From a virus (taxonomy: Duplodnaviria > Caudoviricetes): a DNA stretch of 64,000 bases. Every line of letters begins with the position of its first letter. Position 1 is the stretch's first letter. The stretch is taken from positions 1 through 64,000 of IMG/VR virus record IMGVR_UViG_3300037424_000485; one strand, 5' to 3'. The notes beneath the pieces were generated by a model. The model had not been told where the DNA came from. It did no database searches and saw nothing but the letters and a program-made list of their open reading frames with translations. The translations under genes and the position numbers were made by a program. Shown piece by piece: positions 37,912-48,071 of the stretch.

Positions 37912-38340
37912 ATGACTAAACCAGCATTTATCAACACAATTAAAGTAGAGTGGGATGCAAAAGATCCACGTGCTATGATTCTTCTTGAAGATGTGAGATT
38001 TATAGATGGACATGGTAAAACATGGATTGCTACGAAAGACTCTAGAATAGATGGTGCTAGTATACCTAAACTTTTATGGAGTTTAGTTGGATCTCCATTT
38101 ATTGGTATGTACAGACGTGCAAGTGTTATCCATGATGTATATTGTGTGAGTAGAACAGAGCCATGGGAAAAGGTACATAAGATGTTTTATGATGCTATGA
38201 TTACCGATGGGGTTTTAGAGAGTAAGGCAAAGATTATATACAAATCTATAATGGAACATGGGCCTAAATGGGATAAGAATGGTAAGACCATCACAGCCTT
38301 GGATATTGGAAATATAGATAAAAATTATGATTTGTTATAG
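37912..38340 (+). CDS. DUF1353-family protein
   Basis: DGASIPKLLWSLVGSPF...RASVIHDVYC. Confidence 0.75.
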   Translation: MTKPAFINTIKVEWDAKDPRAMILLEDVRFIDGHGKTWIATKDSRIDGASIPKLLWSLVGSPFIGMYRRASVIHDVYCVSRTEPWEKVHKMFYDAMITDGVLESKAKIIYKSIMEHGPKWDKNGKTITALDIGNIDKNYDLL

Positions 38341-38341
38341 G

Positions 38342-38623
38342 TTAAGAGAAATCAAAAAAAGGATTTGATTTTTGTTCTTTTAATATCTGTACCAATACAT
38401 CACCATGACATGCTTTAGGAGAACAATAGCATCCAAGTCTCTTTCCCTCTAGCTCATGGATTTGAGACATCAGCTCTTTGTTATTACGTATATATTCGTT
38501 ATACTTCTTAATAACCTCCGCTCTTGTACCATCAGGGCCTATATGAAATGGATTACCCCAAATTGATCCCCTTCCAATATAGATATCATAAGGCTCTTTG
38601 TTTAAGTTAACTACTTTTGACAT
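38342..38623 (-). CDS. DUF4326-family protein
   Basis: YIGRGSIWGNPF...LEGKRLGCYCSPKACHGDVL. Confidence 0.8.
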   Translation of the reverse strand: MSKVVNLNKEPYDIYIGRGSIWGNPFHIGPDGTRAEVIKKYNEYIRNNKELMSQIHELEGKRLGCYCSPKACHGDVLVQILKEQKSNPFFDFS

Positions 38624-38684
38624 TCTGTTCTCTCGTTTGAAATTAATTGCAATACTACAGTTGATCTATTTAGAAAAAGTCAAC

Positions 38685-38737
38685 AAAAAAGGTGATTTAG
38701 GTACAGTCGATAATTAGACTGTCTAAATCACCTTTTT
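38685..38737 (-). terminator. Long hairpin terminator
   Basis: 15-bp + 6-bp stem (AAAAAGGTGATTTAG..ACAGTC / GACTGT-CTAAATCACCTTTTT), T-run on the minus strand. Confidence 0.75.
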
Positions 38738-38901
38738 AGGGAAGCATTAATACCTCTTGGTGTGAAGAAACCATACAATAAAACAAAAAACATATGGATG
38801 GTTATCAAACCTTCAGGGTCTTATGTCCTTTGTGTAGGTATTGCCCTTACTGTTCATCCATTTTAGGGTACTTGACTTAGAAGCCGTTCTCCCGTTTTGA
38901 T
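38738..38901 (-). ncRNA. Candidate sRNA or attenuator leader between a promoter and terminator
   Basis: Minus-strand TTGACA(38936)-17-TATATT; no ORF of note; ATGGATG/CATCCAT pairing. Confidence 0.4.
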
Positions 38902-38943
38902 ATTAATAATATAAACCATTTTGAATATAATGTCAATGTTTTT

Positions 38944-39318
38944 TTATAATCTAAATAATTCATCTGGTAAGACATATCTACTCTCATGAGTTTTTATATA
39001 ATATCTACGTAGGCCATTCGTTTCATAATACATCGATCTGTTAGCATCTATATGAATAGACAATACATCTATTACATTATTATCATATCTGGTATATTGT
39101 GCTATTCCAAGCCCTATTGCCTTTATAACTATAACTATATCTTTAACAGTCTTATCTACAAATACTGGAATATAGTAAGCACCATCTATTTGGCCTTCCT
39201 GTATAAGTCTGGTCGATTCAGTTTCAAACCCCTCTGAATCATATACAGAGTAATACGCATCTGGATCTCCTCTAAGAACCTCGCAAAAAGTAAGTGTAAA
39301 TGAATTGGTATCTGACAT
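38944..39318 (-). CDS. Hypothetical protein with PEELF-type tail
   Basis: Ends YVLPDELFRL. Confidence 0.5.
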   Translation of the reverse strand: MSDTNSFTLTFCEVLRGDPDAYYSVYDSEGFETESTRLIQEGQIDGAYYIPVFVDKTVKDIVIVIKAIGLGIAQYTRYDNNVIDVLSIHIDANRSMYYETNGLRRYYIKTHESRYVLPDELFRL

Positions 39319-39321
39319 ATT

Positions 39322-39732
39322 TTATTTCTCCATATCAAATAGATGGTCAGGTAAGATGTCAATGTTTTTCTTATACATTGTCTTTGAAAGAATCATTTCT
39401 TCACCATCAAAATATGTAAGAGATGACCTTTGAGGATCTTCTGACCAACCACCATCTCTTATTACTTGTCTAAAATCACAATATGTTATTGATCCTTGTA
39501 TATGAGTATATCGATGGTCTGGATTAGCATGAAACCCTCTTGTATCTATAATAGGTAATCCATCTATATCATAATAGGCAGGAATTTCTAATCTACTATA
39601 TCTTGGGTCTGGATTAGCATGAAACCCTCTTGTATCTATAATAGGTAATCCATCTATATCATAATAGGCAGGAATTTCTAATCTACTCAATTCGCTCACA
39701 TCCCATATATATTCTTCATTTGTCCAGGCCAT
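39322..39732 (-). CDS. Hypothetical protein with 30-aa internal duplication and PEELF-type tail
   Basis: SRLEIPAYYDIDGLPIIDTRGFHANPD x2; ends ILPDHLFDMEK. Confidence 0.5.
   Translation of the reverse strand: MAWTNEEYIWDVSELSRLEIPAYYDIDGLPIIDTRGFHANPDPRYSRLEIPAYYDIDGLPIIDTRGFHANPDHRYTHIQGSITYCDFRQVIRDGGWSEDPQRSSLTYFDGEEMILSKTMYKKNIDILPDHLFDMEK
39516..39687. repeat. 82-bp exact direct repeat, period 90
   Basis: 39516-39597 equals 39606-39687. Confidence 0.9.
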
Positions 39733-39793
39733 TAATCCATCCTAAATAGTTCTTCTTGTATTGTATATTCATCATCTACATTTGTTTCTACAT

Positions 39794-40705
39794 TTAACAT
39801 CTTTCCCTTTTCATATTACAGCCATCTTGTTTATGTACTGCTTTATGGCATTTTTTGCATAGTGTAACACAATTATCAACATCAGCACTCTCAACAGGAT
39901 TGATCTCAATACCTTCAAAGTGATGACAGTGTAATTCTTTTGATGAATCACATTTTTGACATACCCAATTGTCTCTTTCTAATACAAGCTTTCTAAGTTG
40001 TGGTTGTACTTCTCTTGATGTTGATTTTTTATCATATCTATTATCATCTTTTGAATATACTTTTTGATAATATGTTCCACATGCGTTCTTACATCCATAA
40101 GAACAATAAAGGTTGCTCTCTCCATTAAGGTTCCCTTTTATTGATTGTATCTTTGATTGTACTGTAGATCTCGATGGGATAAACCATTTATTACAATACC
40201 AGCATCTAACCTCAAGAATATTTTCATCTATAACTGACCGTCTGCATTGAATACCGTATGGTTGAAGTGAGTAATATTGAGAGTTATATAATGGTATATT
40301 ATTCTTTTTATAACATTTACCATCACCAACACCACATTTATAACAACCCATCCCTCTTAGATGACTTATAGCTTTTTGTTCAAAAACTCCATGTATAGGA
40401 CATATAATTTTAACTTTGGTAAGACAGTCTGTATATTCAACTAATGAGTAATCATATCTATCACCATGTACATCTACACTACTATCTATAAAATCTTTTG
40501 TTGTTCTATATTTTCCAGAACATTTAGGACAATTTATTCCTCTTTTATGATGATATGGAGATTGTTCAAATACACCATGTATTAAACATATAATTTTAAC
40601 TTTAATATGAGATGTTATATATTCAACTAATGAGTAATCATACCTATCACCATGTATTAATCTACAATCAGCGATAAATCTATATGTTGTTAGTTTTCTT
40701 GACAT
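39794..40705 (-). CDS. HNH homing endonuclease (family copy 4; HGDRYDYSLVEY repeats)
   Basis: Two HGDRYDYSLVEY...KIICxIHGVFEQ repeats plus shared HNH. Confidence 0.88.
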   Translation of the reverse strand: MSRKLTTYRFIADCRLIHGDRYDYSLVEYITSHIKVKIICLIHGVFEQSPYHHKRGINCPKCSGKYRTTKDFIDSSVDVHGDRYDYSLVEYTDCLTKVKIICPIHGVFEQKAISHLRGMGCYKCGVGDGKCYKKNNIPLYNSQYYSLQPYGIQCRRSVIDENILEVRCWYCNKWFIPSRSTVQSKIQSIKGNLNGESNLYCSYGCKNACGTYYQKVYSKDDNRYDKKSTSREVQPQLRKLVLERDNWVCQKCDSSKELHCHHFEGIEINPVESADVDNCVTLCKKCHKAVHKQDGCNMKRERC

Positions 40706-42150
40706 AACTCCATTTCAAAATTTGCATTTGATTCTAACAGCTTATATTCATTTATAGTATGTTTCTCAAATGTATAATGTCTATGCCTGATCTCACCGTG
40801 CTTCTTTAAAAATTTGGTGTTATCAACAATATCCCATATAATAGCCCCAACACCTTCTTTATCCTCATGAAGTCTAAGTGTTCTGCCGATTGATTGAATT
40901 ACACGTATATAGCTTTTGCTTGGACTAGCAAAGACTAGAGATCTAAGAGAAGGCATGTTGATGCCAACACTAAAGACTTGGTAAGTAGCTATAATTATTA
41001 CATCATCCCTTAAATCACCCAACAATCTCCATTTTTCTCTAAGCTCTGCTTTATCTCTTCCCGATATAAAAACAACTTGACGGTTTGGAAATTTATCTCT
41101 GAGGGCTTCCTCCAAATCCTCACCCTCTTTTATTTTATCAACAAGAAGAAGGATTGTATGATCTGTTATACCACATAGATGTTTTATAAGTCCAAGCCTG
41201 TATTTACTTTCCCCTATCTTCTCTCTTACTTGATTATAATCACCCTTTATCTTGTCAAGATAGTTTACATGCAACATATTTATATTACAGTGCGATATAA
41301 AACCATCATCAGCAAGATCTTTCGATGTTACATTTTTAAGAACAGGCCCTATATATGACTTGACCATTAATTCATCAAGTCTACATTTTGGCATAGTACC
41401 AGTAAATCCTAATCTCCATCTAGCTTTAGTTGCATGTTGTAATACTTCATGTAATATCTTTGCGGCACAACTATGAACCTCATCGACAATGACACAATCG
41501 AATGTACCTACCATCTCTTTTTTATTCTTTAAGGATTGCCATGTTGATATAACAATCCTCTTATCAAATTCTTTTAATTTACTATTAACACATCCCAATA
41601 ATTCTGGGTATATACCATAGTCTAATAGATCATTATAAAATTGGGTAGTTAATCCTATCGTAGGTACAATTATAATAGCATTATTAATCTCTTCCTTTAG
41701 TAGTTCTTTAATGATATATGCTATAATAAGACTCTTTCCAGATGCAGTACATGATACTATACATCCTTTAGAATAGGATAGTGCTGCTAATATACAATCT
41801 TCTTGATATGCCCTTGGATAGTGTTTAAGATTCCATGTTGGGTCTGGTTTAATACCCTCAAACATCTTCTTAACATCATTTTCAATGTTGATTTCTAAAT
41901 GAGGAAATTCCTTTTTAGTAAACTTAACAAGATCTAGTAAAAGTCCATAAGATAATCTACGAACGTTAGGATTAAAAAGAGATTTTTTCCCATTCCACTG
42001 ACCAGATTTATATTTTGATGTGAACATATAACCGTCCACATATTCTGTATAATGTTCTTTAACTTTATTTAAATATTCATAATCAGTAGTATCTATACGT
42101 ATGTTTAAATTATCATGTAGAACTATATTTACATTTTCTTTATTACTCAT
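40690..42150 (-). CDS. uvsW: UvsW-like SF2 DNA helicase
   Basis: PRAYQEDC, CTASGKS, IIVPT, VDEVH, GFTGT, QSIGRTLR. Confidence 0.9.
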   Translation of the reverse strand: MSNKENVNIVLHDNLNIRIDTTDYEYLNKVKEHYTEYVDGYMFTSKYKSGQWNGKKSLFNPNVRRLSYGLLLDLVKFTKKEFPHLEINIENDVKKMFEGIKPDPTWNLKHYPRAYQEDCILAALSYSKGCIVSCTASGKSLIIAYIIKELLKEEINNAIIIVPTIGLTTQFYNDLLDYGIYPELLGCVNSKLKEFDKRIVISTWQSLKNKKEMVGTFDCVIVDEVHSCAAKILHEVLQHATKARWRLGFTGTMPKCRLDELMVKSYIGPVLKNVTSKDLADDGFISHCNINMLHVNYLDKIKGDYNQVREKIGESKYRLGLIKHLCGITDHTILLLVDKIKEGEDLEEALRDKFPNRQVVFISGRDKAELREKWRLLGDLRDDVIIIATYQVFSVGINMPSLRSLVFASPSKSYIRVIQSIGRTLRLHEDKEGVGAIIWDIVDNTKFLKKHGEIRHRHYTFEKHTINEYKLLESNANFEMELCQEN

Positions 42151-42742
42151 TTATATATTCACATTTATATCCTTTGTGGTGTGTTTGTATATTTTTTGCC
42201 ACCTTTATCATCAGTTGATGTAAAAGTTTGGATTTATGTTCTCTACACCATTTCCTAATACCACTAACTATAATGACCTCACCTGTTGGTGTAATGACTT
42301 TATAAGTTCTTGATTTTATATGATTACTACCTGACATCTTCTCACTTAATATTTTTTTAATTTCATCACTATGTGTTTTACCATAGAAAGGATTACTATC
42401 ACCTTTGGTTGCATCACTTATCTTTTGTTTTGTCTCTTTGGTATGATGGTGTCCTGTCATTCCCCCACCAGAGCCACCCCATGCTAGATTATATCCACAA
42501 ACGCCGAATGAATTATACTGTTTAATATAGTGAAATTCCATTTCATCAAGCTCTTCTTTGGATTTACATTCACATAACACTTCCCATATGAAATTTTCTT
42601 TACCATATTTGTTTATTGCCTTGGAAAAATAAGTGTTGATTTTAGATATGATATGTTGTCTCTTTCTAAATTTTAATGTATTTTTGGTTTGTCCTATATA
42701 ACACTTACCATCGACTGTATTTGTTGCTTTATAAATAATCAT
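42143..42742 (-). CDS. GIY-YIG homing endonuclease with NUMOD3 repeats (Seg-like)
   Basis: IIYKATN..GKCYIGQT, GYN, HHTKETKQKIS, FYGKTHSDEIK; late promoter 42764-42771. Confidence 0.85.
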   Translation of the reverse strand: MIIYKATNTVDGKCYIGQTKNTLKFRKRQHIISKINTYFSKAINKYGKENFIWEVLCECKSKEELDEMEFHYIKQYNSFGVCGYNLAWGGSGGGMTGHHHTKETKQKISDATKGDSNPFYGKTHSDEIKKILSEKMSGSNHIKSRTYKVITPTGEVIIVSGIRKWCREHKSKLLHQLMIKVAKNIQTHHKGYKCEYINE

Positions 42743-42808
42743 ATATTTATCTCCTTATATGATTATTTATAAAAACATTCCATAGTCCAGACGATTTATA
42801 TTAGTTAC

Positions 42809-43216
42809 TCAATCAACTTTATATACCCATACAGGCAATCCTTTTTCTTTAGCTAGTTGAATCATATTTTTTGTTCCTCTACTACCATTTTTGTGAAGGG
42901 CGAGAAGGGCATCTCCATAAGTAGCCATCTGTTTATTTCTTATATATCCGGCAGCGGCATCATATTTAATACCACTGCTATTTATACGTACTGTAGCACC
43001 AGATCTGGTTATATTACCCCAATCAGCAGGAAAACGCTTAATAATTATGTTATTTTCTTCAGCGTACCTTTCACCTAGCTTATCAGCACCATTAGCAGTT
43101 CCACTAACGATCTCCCTAATACCAATTATCTCAAAATGAGATATAGCATCAATAAGTATTTGATAATCTGTGACATCTCTCGATCCTGCAATTATAAGCT
43201 TCAAGTAACACTCCAT
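42809..43216 (-). CDS. SLOG-family protein (YspA/DUF2493-like)
   Basis: IIAGSRD, IVSGTANGAD, FPADW, AGYIRNKQM, SRGTKNMI. Confidence 0.85.
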   Translation of the reverse strand: MECYLKLIIAGSRDVTDYQILIDAISHFEIIGIREIVSGTANGADKLGERYAEENNIIIKRFPADWGNITRSGATVRINSSGIKYDAAAGYIRNKQMATYGDALLALHKNGSRGTKNMIQLAKEKGLPVWVYKVD

Positions 43217-43437
43217 TGTTTTTTATTTTCTAGATCGATGGATGCAATAGCACCAGATGACCTTTCTCTATACCATTTAACACTTGCATCAATCTGTATG
43301 ATATCAACAACCATACCATTTACCTTATGTGTTGCTATATCACCAACTTGTATATCTTTATTCATCTTAGTCTTCGTCATCATATATACGACCTTTTTTC
43401 TTCTTTTGGCCTTCTCTCCAAGCTTTGGTATCTCCAA
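43201..43437 (-). CDS. Hypothetical protein
   Basis: Co-oriented ORF; start uncertain. Confidence 0.35.
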   Translation of the reverse strand: MEIPKLGEKAKRRKKVVYMMTKTKMNKDIQVGDIATHKVNGMVVDIIQIDASVKWYRERSSGAIASIDLENKKQWSVT

Positions 43438-43529
43438 CCGGAAACTCAGGTTTTTTTACACCAGCAACCTCTTTCCAGAAGTCAATCACATCGTCTTTTA
43501 TACTTTCTTCATATTCTCTACGATCTTGT

Positions 43530-43871
43530 TTATTCATTTGATATATCCCTAACTTTTTTCATCATAGATTCTAACCCTGGATGATCTTCAAGTATATAAC
43601 GACAATCCTTATCTATCCATATATCTATATCTATATTATATTTATCTTTTATATATTTTTCTTTTCCATGTCTACTTGTAAATAGTATCCCATCTACACT
43701 CTCTCCTATACAATCGTGGAGGTATTCACCTTCGAGTAATTCATTTTTTAGGGTCACTATATAGGATTTATGACCTAATCTATGCACTATCTCAAAGAAT
43801 TCCAACCATAAATCTGGATCTTCAGTGTATGTACCATCAAAATCAATACCAAAATTTAAACTATTATTCAA
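43530..43871 (-). CDS. HAD-superfamily phosphatase-like protein
   Basis: FGIDFDGT (DxD motif I), IVT, DIWIDKD. Confidence 0.7.
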   Translation of the reverse strand: MNNSLNFGIDFDGTYTEDPDLWLEFFEIVHRLGHKSYIVTLKNELLEGEYLHDCIGESVDGILFTSRHGKEKYIKDKYNIDIDIWIDKDCRYILEDHPGLESMMKKVRDISNE

Positions 43872-44130
43872 AATTCACCTCTATTATTTTATCTGTAAGA
43901 TTAACATCATTTATTATAGTCCAACTGCCTACAACTACAAACTCGACATTTTTTCTGGTTTCATTACAATATTTCCAATTTATTGGAAATGGATATTTTA
44001 TAAGTTCTGTATCATGACACCATATATCTCTAATTTTAGAATATAACTCTTTCCATGTTGTCTTCTCAAGACACTCTATTGTTCTATTCTCAATATCAAC
44101 ATCTATATCTATATCTATATTATACTTCAT
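43864..44130 (-). CDS. Hypothetical protein
   Basis: 88 aa with AGGAG RBS. Confidence 0.45.
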   Translation of the reverse strand: MKYNIDIDIDVDIENRTIECLEKTTWKELYSKIRDIWCHDTELIKYPFPINWKYCNETRKNVEFVVVGSWTIINDVNLTDKIIEVNFE

Positions 44131-44178
44131 ATATCTCCTTTTGCAACTATCATAGAAAGCTCTTTTAGATAATGTTCG

Positions 44179-44610
44179 TTATTTATTAATATCTACCCAT
44201 AATTTTAGCTGCCAGCCTTGAGTTTTGAAGGCTTCCCATACAGCTTCAAAAAATTGCATACGTATCTCTATCTCCAACTCTAGCTTTCTAAGCTTGATGA
44301 CTCTACTATCTTTTGGAATATAGAACCTCTCTATTTCTACTTTTGAAAGTATCACATCATTCTTATGTTTTAGATCATCATAGAGCTGGCCTATATAGGC
44401 ATCTCTCACTATCTCAAGCTCCATCAACCTACTCTTCTCAGCAAGGTATAGAAGCCTGAATTGCTCTTGATAATATGGGTTCTTTTCAATTTGATCCCTT
44501 ATCTTGAATTCATTGGTTGTTACTAGTGGGAACACATCATACTCAAGCTGTAATTGTTTGAGTATTTCATTTTTTTGTATATCTGTAAATACTTTACTAT
44601 CTAATGTCAT
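44179..44610 (-). CDS. uvsY: UvsY-like recombination mediator
   Basis: Helical; ...LSKVEIERFYIPKD...FFEAVWEAFKTQGWQLK resembles the UvsY C-terminus; near uvsW. Confidence 0.6.
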   Translation of the reverse strand: MTLDSKVFTDIQKNEILKQLQLEYDVFPLVTTNEFKIRDQIEKNPYYQEQFRLLYLAEKSRLMELEIVRDAYIGQLYDDLKHKNDVILSKVEIERFYIPKDSRVIKLRKLELEIEIRMQFFEAVWEAFKTQGWQLKLWVDINK

Positions 44611-44812
44611 TTATACTTTCCTTATATTTCTTCCATAAGTCTGTGTAGCACTCAGAAGAACAAATAAATACATCCCATGTAGGTTCAATCCATTTAGTAG
44701 GCTCATTACATATAGCGCAATGGCATTCCTCTATACCCTTAAAAAACCCACCATTTCTCCACTTTTCATCTACTTTTGCATATATAATATCAAGTTTCAT
44801 GGTTTCTTCCAA
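44597..44812 (-). CDS. Small zinc-finger protein
   Basis: CAIC...ICSSEC. Confidence 0.5.
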   Translation of the reverse strand: MEETMKLDIIYAKVDEKWRNGGFFKGIEECHCAICNEPTKWIEPTWDVFICSSECYTDLWKKYKESINDIR

Positions 44813-44840
44813 TAATCATCACATTCTGATTGTCTACATC

Positions 44841-45059
44841 CTAGTTTTTACCAAAGAATGTTGATTTAATACCAGATCCACATTTTTCACATCTAAATAT
44901 ATCAAAATCCCCAATTACACGAATAAGAGGTGGTTTTGGTATTAATGTATTTTTAATAAGATGCTTAATATCTTCATACTTTACATATCTACCATCATCA
45001 TCTGATTCGATTTTAACAATATTAAATAGGGTTATTATGTTAAATCTTTTAATTTTCAT
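44841..45059 (-). CDS. Small hypothetical protein
   Basis: CEKC near the C-terminus. Confidence 0.45.
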   Translation of the reverse strand: MKIKRFNIITLFNIVKIESDDDGRYVKYEDIKHLIKNTLIPKPPLIRVIGDFDIFRCEKCGSGIKSTFFGKN

Positions 45060-45296
45060 GGTTTCTTACCACATTCGTATATATTTTCTTCTCTAAAGTA
45101 TATTTCATCTTCTATCTTCCATGCCCAATGGACTATTATATATTCATATATAAGAATATCATTAGAGGGAATTGGGGGTATGAGAATGTCGTTGCATATA
45201 CATATTTTTCATGTATGCTAAAACTTCATCTTCTGTACGTACTACAGTACAATTTCCATTGTATTCTGATGGTTCATTATATACATACTTAACCAT
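45056..45296 (-). pseudogene. Small gene with one extra base in a C5 run (45174-45178)
   Basis: Coupled to both neighbours (TAATG at 45296, ATGA at 45056); 241 nt = 80 codons + 1; shifted frame gives ...YEYIIVHWAW. Confidence 0.5.
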
Positions 45297-45745
45297 TATA
45301 ACCCTCCTTTTTGAAATATTTCTCTTAATTGCATTAGCTGTATACCTAGGTGATTTTCGCCTTTTATATGTTCACATTGAGAGCACCTACAATCTCCCCA
45401 GATATTATCATGATGTTTATTGCCCTCTATCAATATCTCTCTACCAGTATCAAGAAGTCTATTTCTTATCTCTGGGTTCTGAACAAATTTATACTGTAAG
45501 GCAATCCACATAATCTCAAATTTCTTATCTTGGAAAGCAAGGCTTTGTTTTACAAATCGTCCTATTTTCTTGGCATCACCAGGAGTCTTGGCGGTATGTA
45601 TCAGTATTATGTCCTTTTTATTAAGACATTTATGAGCCTGATAATAGTGCTCAGAGGTTGTCCATCTGACACCAAAATTATCGGTGAATGGGCAAGGTGA
45701 AAAGTTGGATAGGTAGAAATATTTACCACGAAAATCATCTATCAT
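45296..45745 (-). CDS. NADAR (YbiA-like) family protein
   Basis: YLSNF, TSEHYYQAHK, AKKIGR, KFVQN, LIEGN..DNIWG, NHLGIQLMQLR. Confidence 0.88.
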   Translation of the reverse strand: MIDDFRGKYFYLSNFSPCPFTDNFGVRWTTSEHYYQAHKCLNKKDIILIHTAKTPGDAKKIGRFVKQSLAFQDKKFEIMWIALQYKFVQNPEIRNRLLDTGREILIEGNKHHDNIWGDCRCSQCEHIKGENHLGIQLMQLREIFQKGGL

Positions 45746-45876
45746 ATTTTTTATCCTGTTAAATTAGTCTTATGTACAATATATAATTAACCACATTAAC
45801 ACATAATAGTCGAGATGTAAATATCCATTGACTATATCTTAAAATATATTATAATAGCTAAAAAAGGAGATATATC

Positions 45877-46185
45877 ATGCACAATTATAAAGTTGGTGAT
45901 AGAGTAAAATACATCTCTAACCACTGGAAGGACACCGAAACCAATCCTCTATGGGATGGCAAGTATGGTAGGATTACAGGAACTATTATTCCTTATATTG
46001 CTAATGATTTTACCAACAAGGTGTTATGGGATAGCAAGTATGGTAGGATTACAGGAACTATTATTCCTTATATTGCTAATGATTTTACCAACAAGGTGTT
46101 ATGGGATAATGGATATACAAATTCATACTGTCTAGATGATTTGGAGATTGTGGATTATATACCAGAAGATATGTTTAAAATGTGA
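45877..46185 (+). CDS. SH3-like hypothetical protein with 25-aa duplication and PEELF-type tail
   Basis: YKVGDRVKY; ends YIPEDMFKM. Confidence 0.55.
   Translation: MHNYKVGDRVKYISNHWKDTETNPLWDGKYGRITGTIIPYIANDFTNKVLWDSKYGRITGTIIPYIANDFTNKVLWDNGYTNSYCLDDLEIVDYIPEDMFKM
45961..46108. repeat. 73-bp exact direct repeat, period 75
   Basis: 45961-46033 equals 46036-46108. Confidence 0.9.
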
Positions 46186-46224
46186 TAGGGCGAAATACCA
46201 TGAAGGTTATAAAGGAGATATATC

Positions 46225-46362
46225 ATGCACAAATATAAAGTTGGTGATAAATTTATATGTGTAATACCCCATCGAAATATCAATGATTATAATATTGGAG
46301 TATGGATAGATTGTGCCAGACCTTATTACAATATACCAGAAGATATGTTTAGGATGGGTTAA
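46225..46362 (+). CDS. Short paralogue of 45877 (same RBS/start and same tail, different middle; not in ORF track)
   Basis: AAAGGAGATATATCATGCACAA-TATAAAGTTGGTGAT repeated; ends NIPEDMFRMG. Confidence 0.55.
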   Translation: MHKYKVGDKFICVIPHRNINDYNIGVWIDCARPYYNIPEDMFRMG

Positions 46363-46475
46363 TTATGAATGGCTATTGGTTAGATACATATAAAATATTA
46401 TAACCTATAGCGTGTAATATCCCTTGTATTTTATTCTGTTATATGTTATGATGTTTTAATTAAACAGGAGATAAA

Positions 46476-47654
46476 ATGTTAGATATTAGTGTAATTGAAT
46501 CAATTAAAACAAGTGGTGTTTTTCCAGAGCTATATATTAAAGATAGTAAAGGAAAAACACGAACTTGGCGTATATATGTAGAGGCTGTAGATGATATTGC
46601 CTCTATTAGTATCGAGAGTGGTATTCTAGGTGGTAAAATTACCAAAAAAACATCATGGACTCGTATCGGCACTAATATAGGACGTGCTAATGAGATGAGT
46701 CCTCTTCAGAAGGCTTTATTCGATGCTGGTAATAGCTGGCAGGATAAGTATGAGCATAATTATGTTCTTAGCGTTGATGATGTAGACAACCCACCTGAAT
46801 TTATATATCCTATGCTGGCTCTTACTGCTAAAAAGCAGGTACTTCCTTGTTTTGCACAAGGAAAGCTTAATGGTATTAGAGCTTTTAGTATTCGTGCTGG
46901 ACTTCCTGAATATAATTACAAACCAAATGACATGTTAACCAGTCGTGGAGGTAAAGATCTACCCACACTTGCTCATATTAAAGCAGCATGTGATGAGGTT
47001 TTTGGAAATCATACAAATCATGATGGTGAAGTATATCTACATGGTGTGCCTCTTCAAGATATTAGCGGTATGAGTAAGAAAGAGCGTGGTGGTTTAGAGA
47101 CTCTTGAATATTGGGTTTATGATATTCCTATGGTAGGTGTTGCTTTTAAAGATCGTCTTGAAATAATGAAAAAGGTTATTCCTAAAAATCATCCTATTGT
47201 TAAGATGGTTCCTACATATTGGATTGAAACACAGGAAGAGCTTGACAGGTTTCGTGCAGATATAATCAGTCAGGGCTTCGAGGGTCTTATCACAAGAACA
47301 CCAAATGGTGTTTATGGATTTGATAATCGTGGTAAAGACCTTATGAAGGATAAAGATTTTCAAGATGAAGAGTTTGATATTGTTGGATATACATCAGAAG
47401 AATATGACGATTTTGGAACAATCAGACATCTTGTAATATGGATATGTAAGGCCGGAAATCATACCTTTAATTGCAGACCAAAAGGCACTGTAGAGAATAA
47501 AGAGACACTTTTAAAGAATGCCGATGCTATGATTGGAAAACCTTTAACTGTTAGGTTTCTTGAGAAGTCGAACTTAGGTATCCCTATTGGAAATCCTGTG
47601 GGAAATTGTATAGGTGTGGATGAATTTGACACTATTGTGAGGGATTATGAATAA
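46476..47654 (+). CDS. lig: ATP-dependent DNA ligase
   Basis: Motif I variant QGKLNGIR, DGEVY, YWVYDI, FEGLITR, LMKDK, OB-fold tail. Confidence 0.85.
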   Translation: MLDISVIESIKTSGVFPELYIKDSKGKTRTWRIYVEAVDDIASISIESGILGGKITKKTSWTRIGTNIGRANEMSPLQKALFDAGNSWQDKYEHNYVLSVDDVDNPPEFIYPMLALTAKKQVLPCFAQGKLNGIRAFSIRAGLPEYNYKPNDMLTSRGGKDLPTLAHIKAACDEVFGNHTNHDGEVYLHGVPLQDISGMSKKERGGLETLEYWVYDIPMVGVAFKDRLEIMKKVIPKNHPIVKMVPTYWIETQEELDRFRADIISQGFEGLITRTPNGVYGFDNRGKDLMKDKDFQDEEFDIVGYTSEEYDDFGTIRHLVIWICKAGNHTFNCRPKGTVENKETLLKNADAMIGKPLTVRFLEKSNLGIPIGNPVGNCIGVDEFDTIVRDYE

Positions 47655-47856
47655 AACTATGTTTAAAATTGGAGATATAGTAAAATATACTGGTAAATTT
47701 TCTAGAAACCTTATTAATAAAAAAAGGATTATTACAGAACAGCCAACAGTAAGAAATATCAAAGTTAAATGGGATGGTGTGGACATCGAATGTGGTGTGT
47801 ATCCTGAAAATATAGAGATATATCGTACTATACCAGATGAAATGTTTATATTATGA
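47647..47856 (+). CDS. SH3-like small protein with PEELF-type tail
   Basis: FKIGDIVKY; ends TIPDEMFIL. Confidence 0.55.
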   Translation: MNKTMFKIGDIVKYTGKFSRNLINKKRIITEQPTVRNIKVKWDGVDIECGVYPENIEIYRTIPDEMFIL

Positions 47857-48071
47857 TTATTAAATATATGAAAATATTATTAAGGATATTTCTATTCATC
47901 AGACAAATTTCTTTATTACGAGATATAGAGTTATATCACCCTGAGTCGCCGGGGATGAAGATCACTATCACTCGTTCTTGGATTGGTAGATTATCAAAAC
48001 CAAAAGATTTTGCAACAATATCAGAGTGTTGCAAATCCTATAGACTTAGAAGAAAATATAAAATGTTATGA
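47853..48071 (+). CDS. Small hypothetical protein
   Basis: ATGA coupling on both sides. Confidence 0.4.
   Translation: MIIKYMKILLRIFLFIRQISLLRDIELYHPESPGMKITITRSWIGRLSKPKDFATISECCKSYRLRRKYKML

Noticed and set aside
39516-46108. 82-bp and 73-bp repeats as DGR template/variable pairs
   Set aside because: Copies are identical and adjacent with no adenine-specific differences; no reverse transcriptase in the window
46476-47654. KxNG instead of KxDG in ligase motif I as a novelty
   Set aside because: Other motifs are intact; a conservative variant, not evidence of new function
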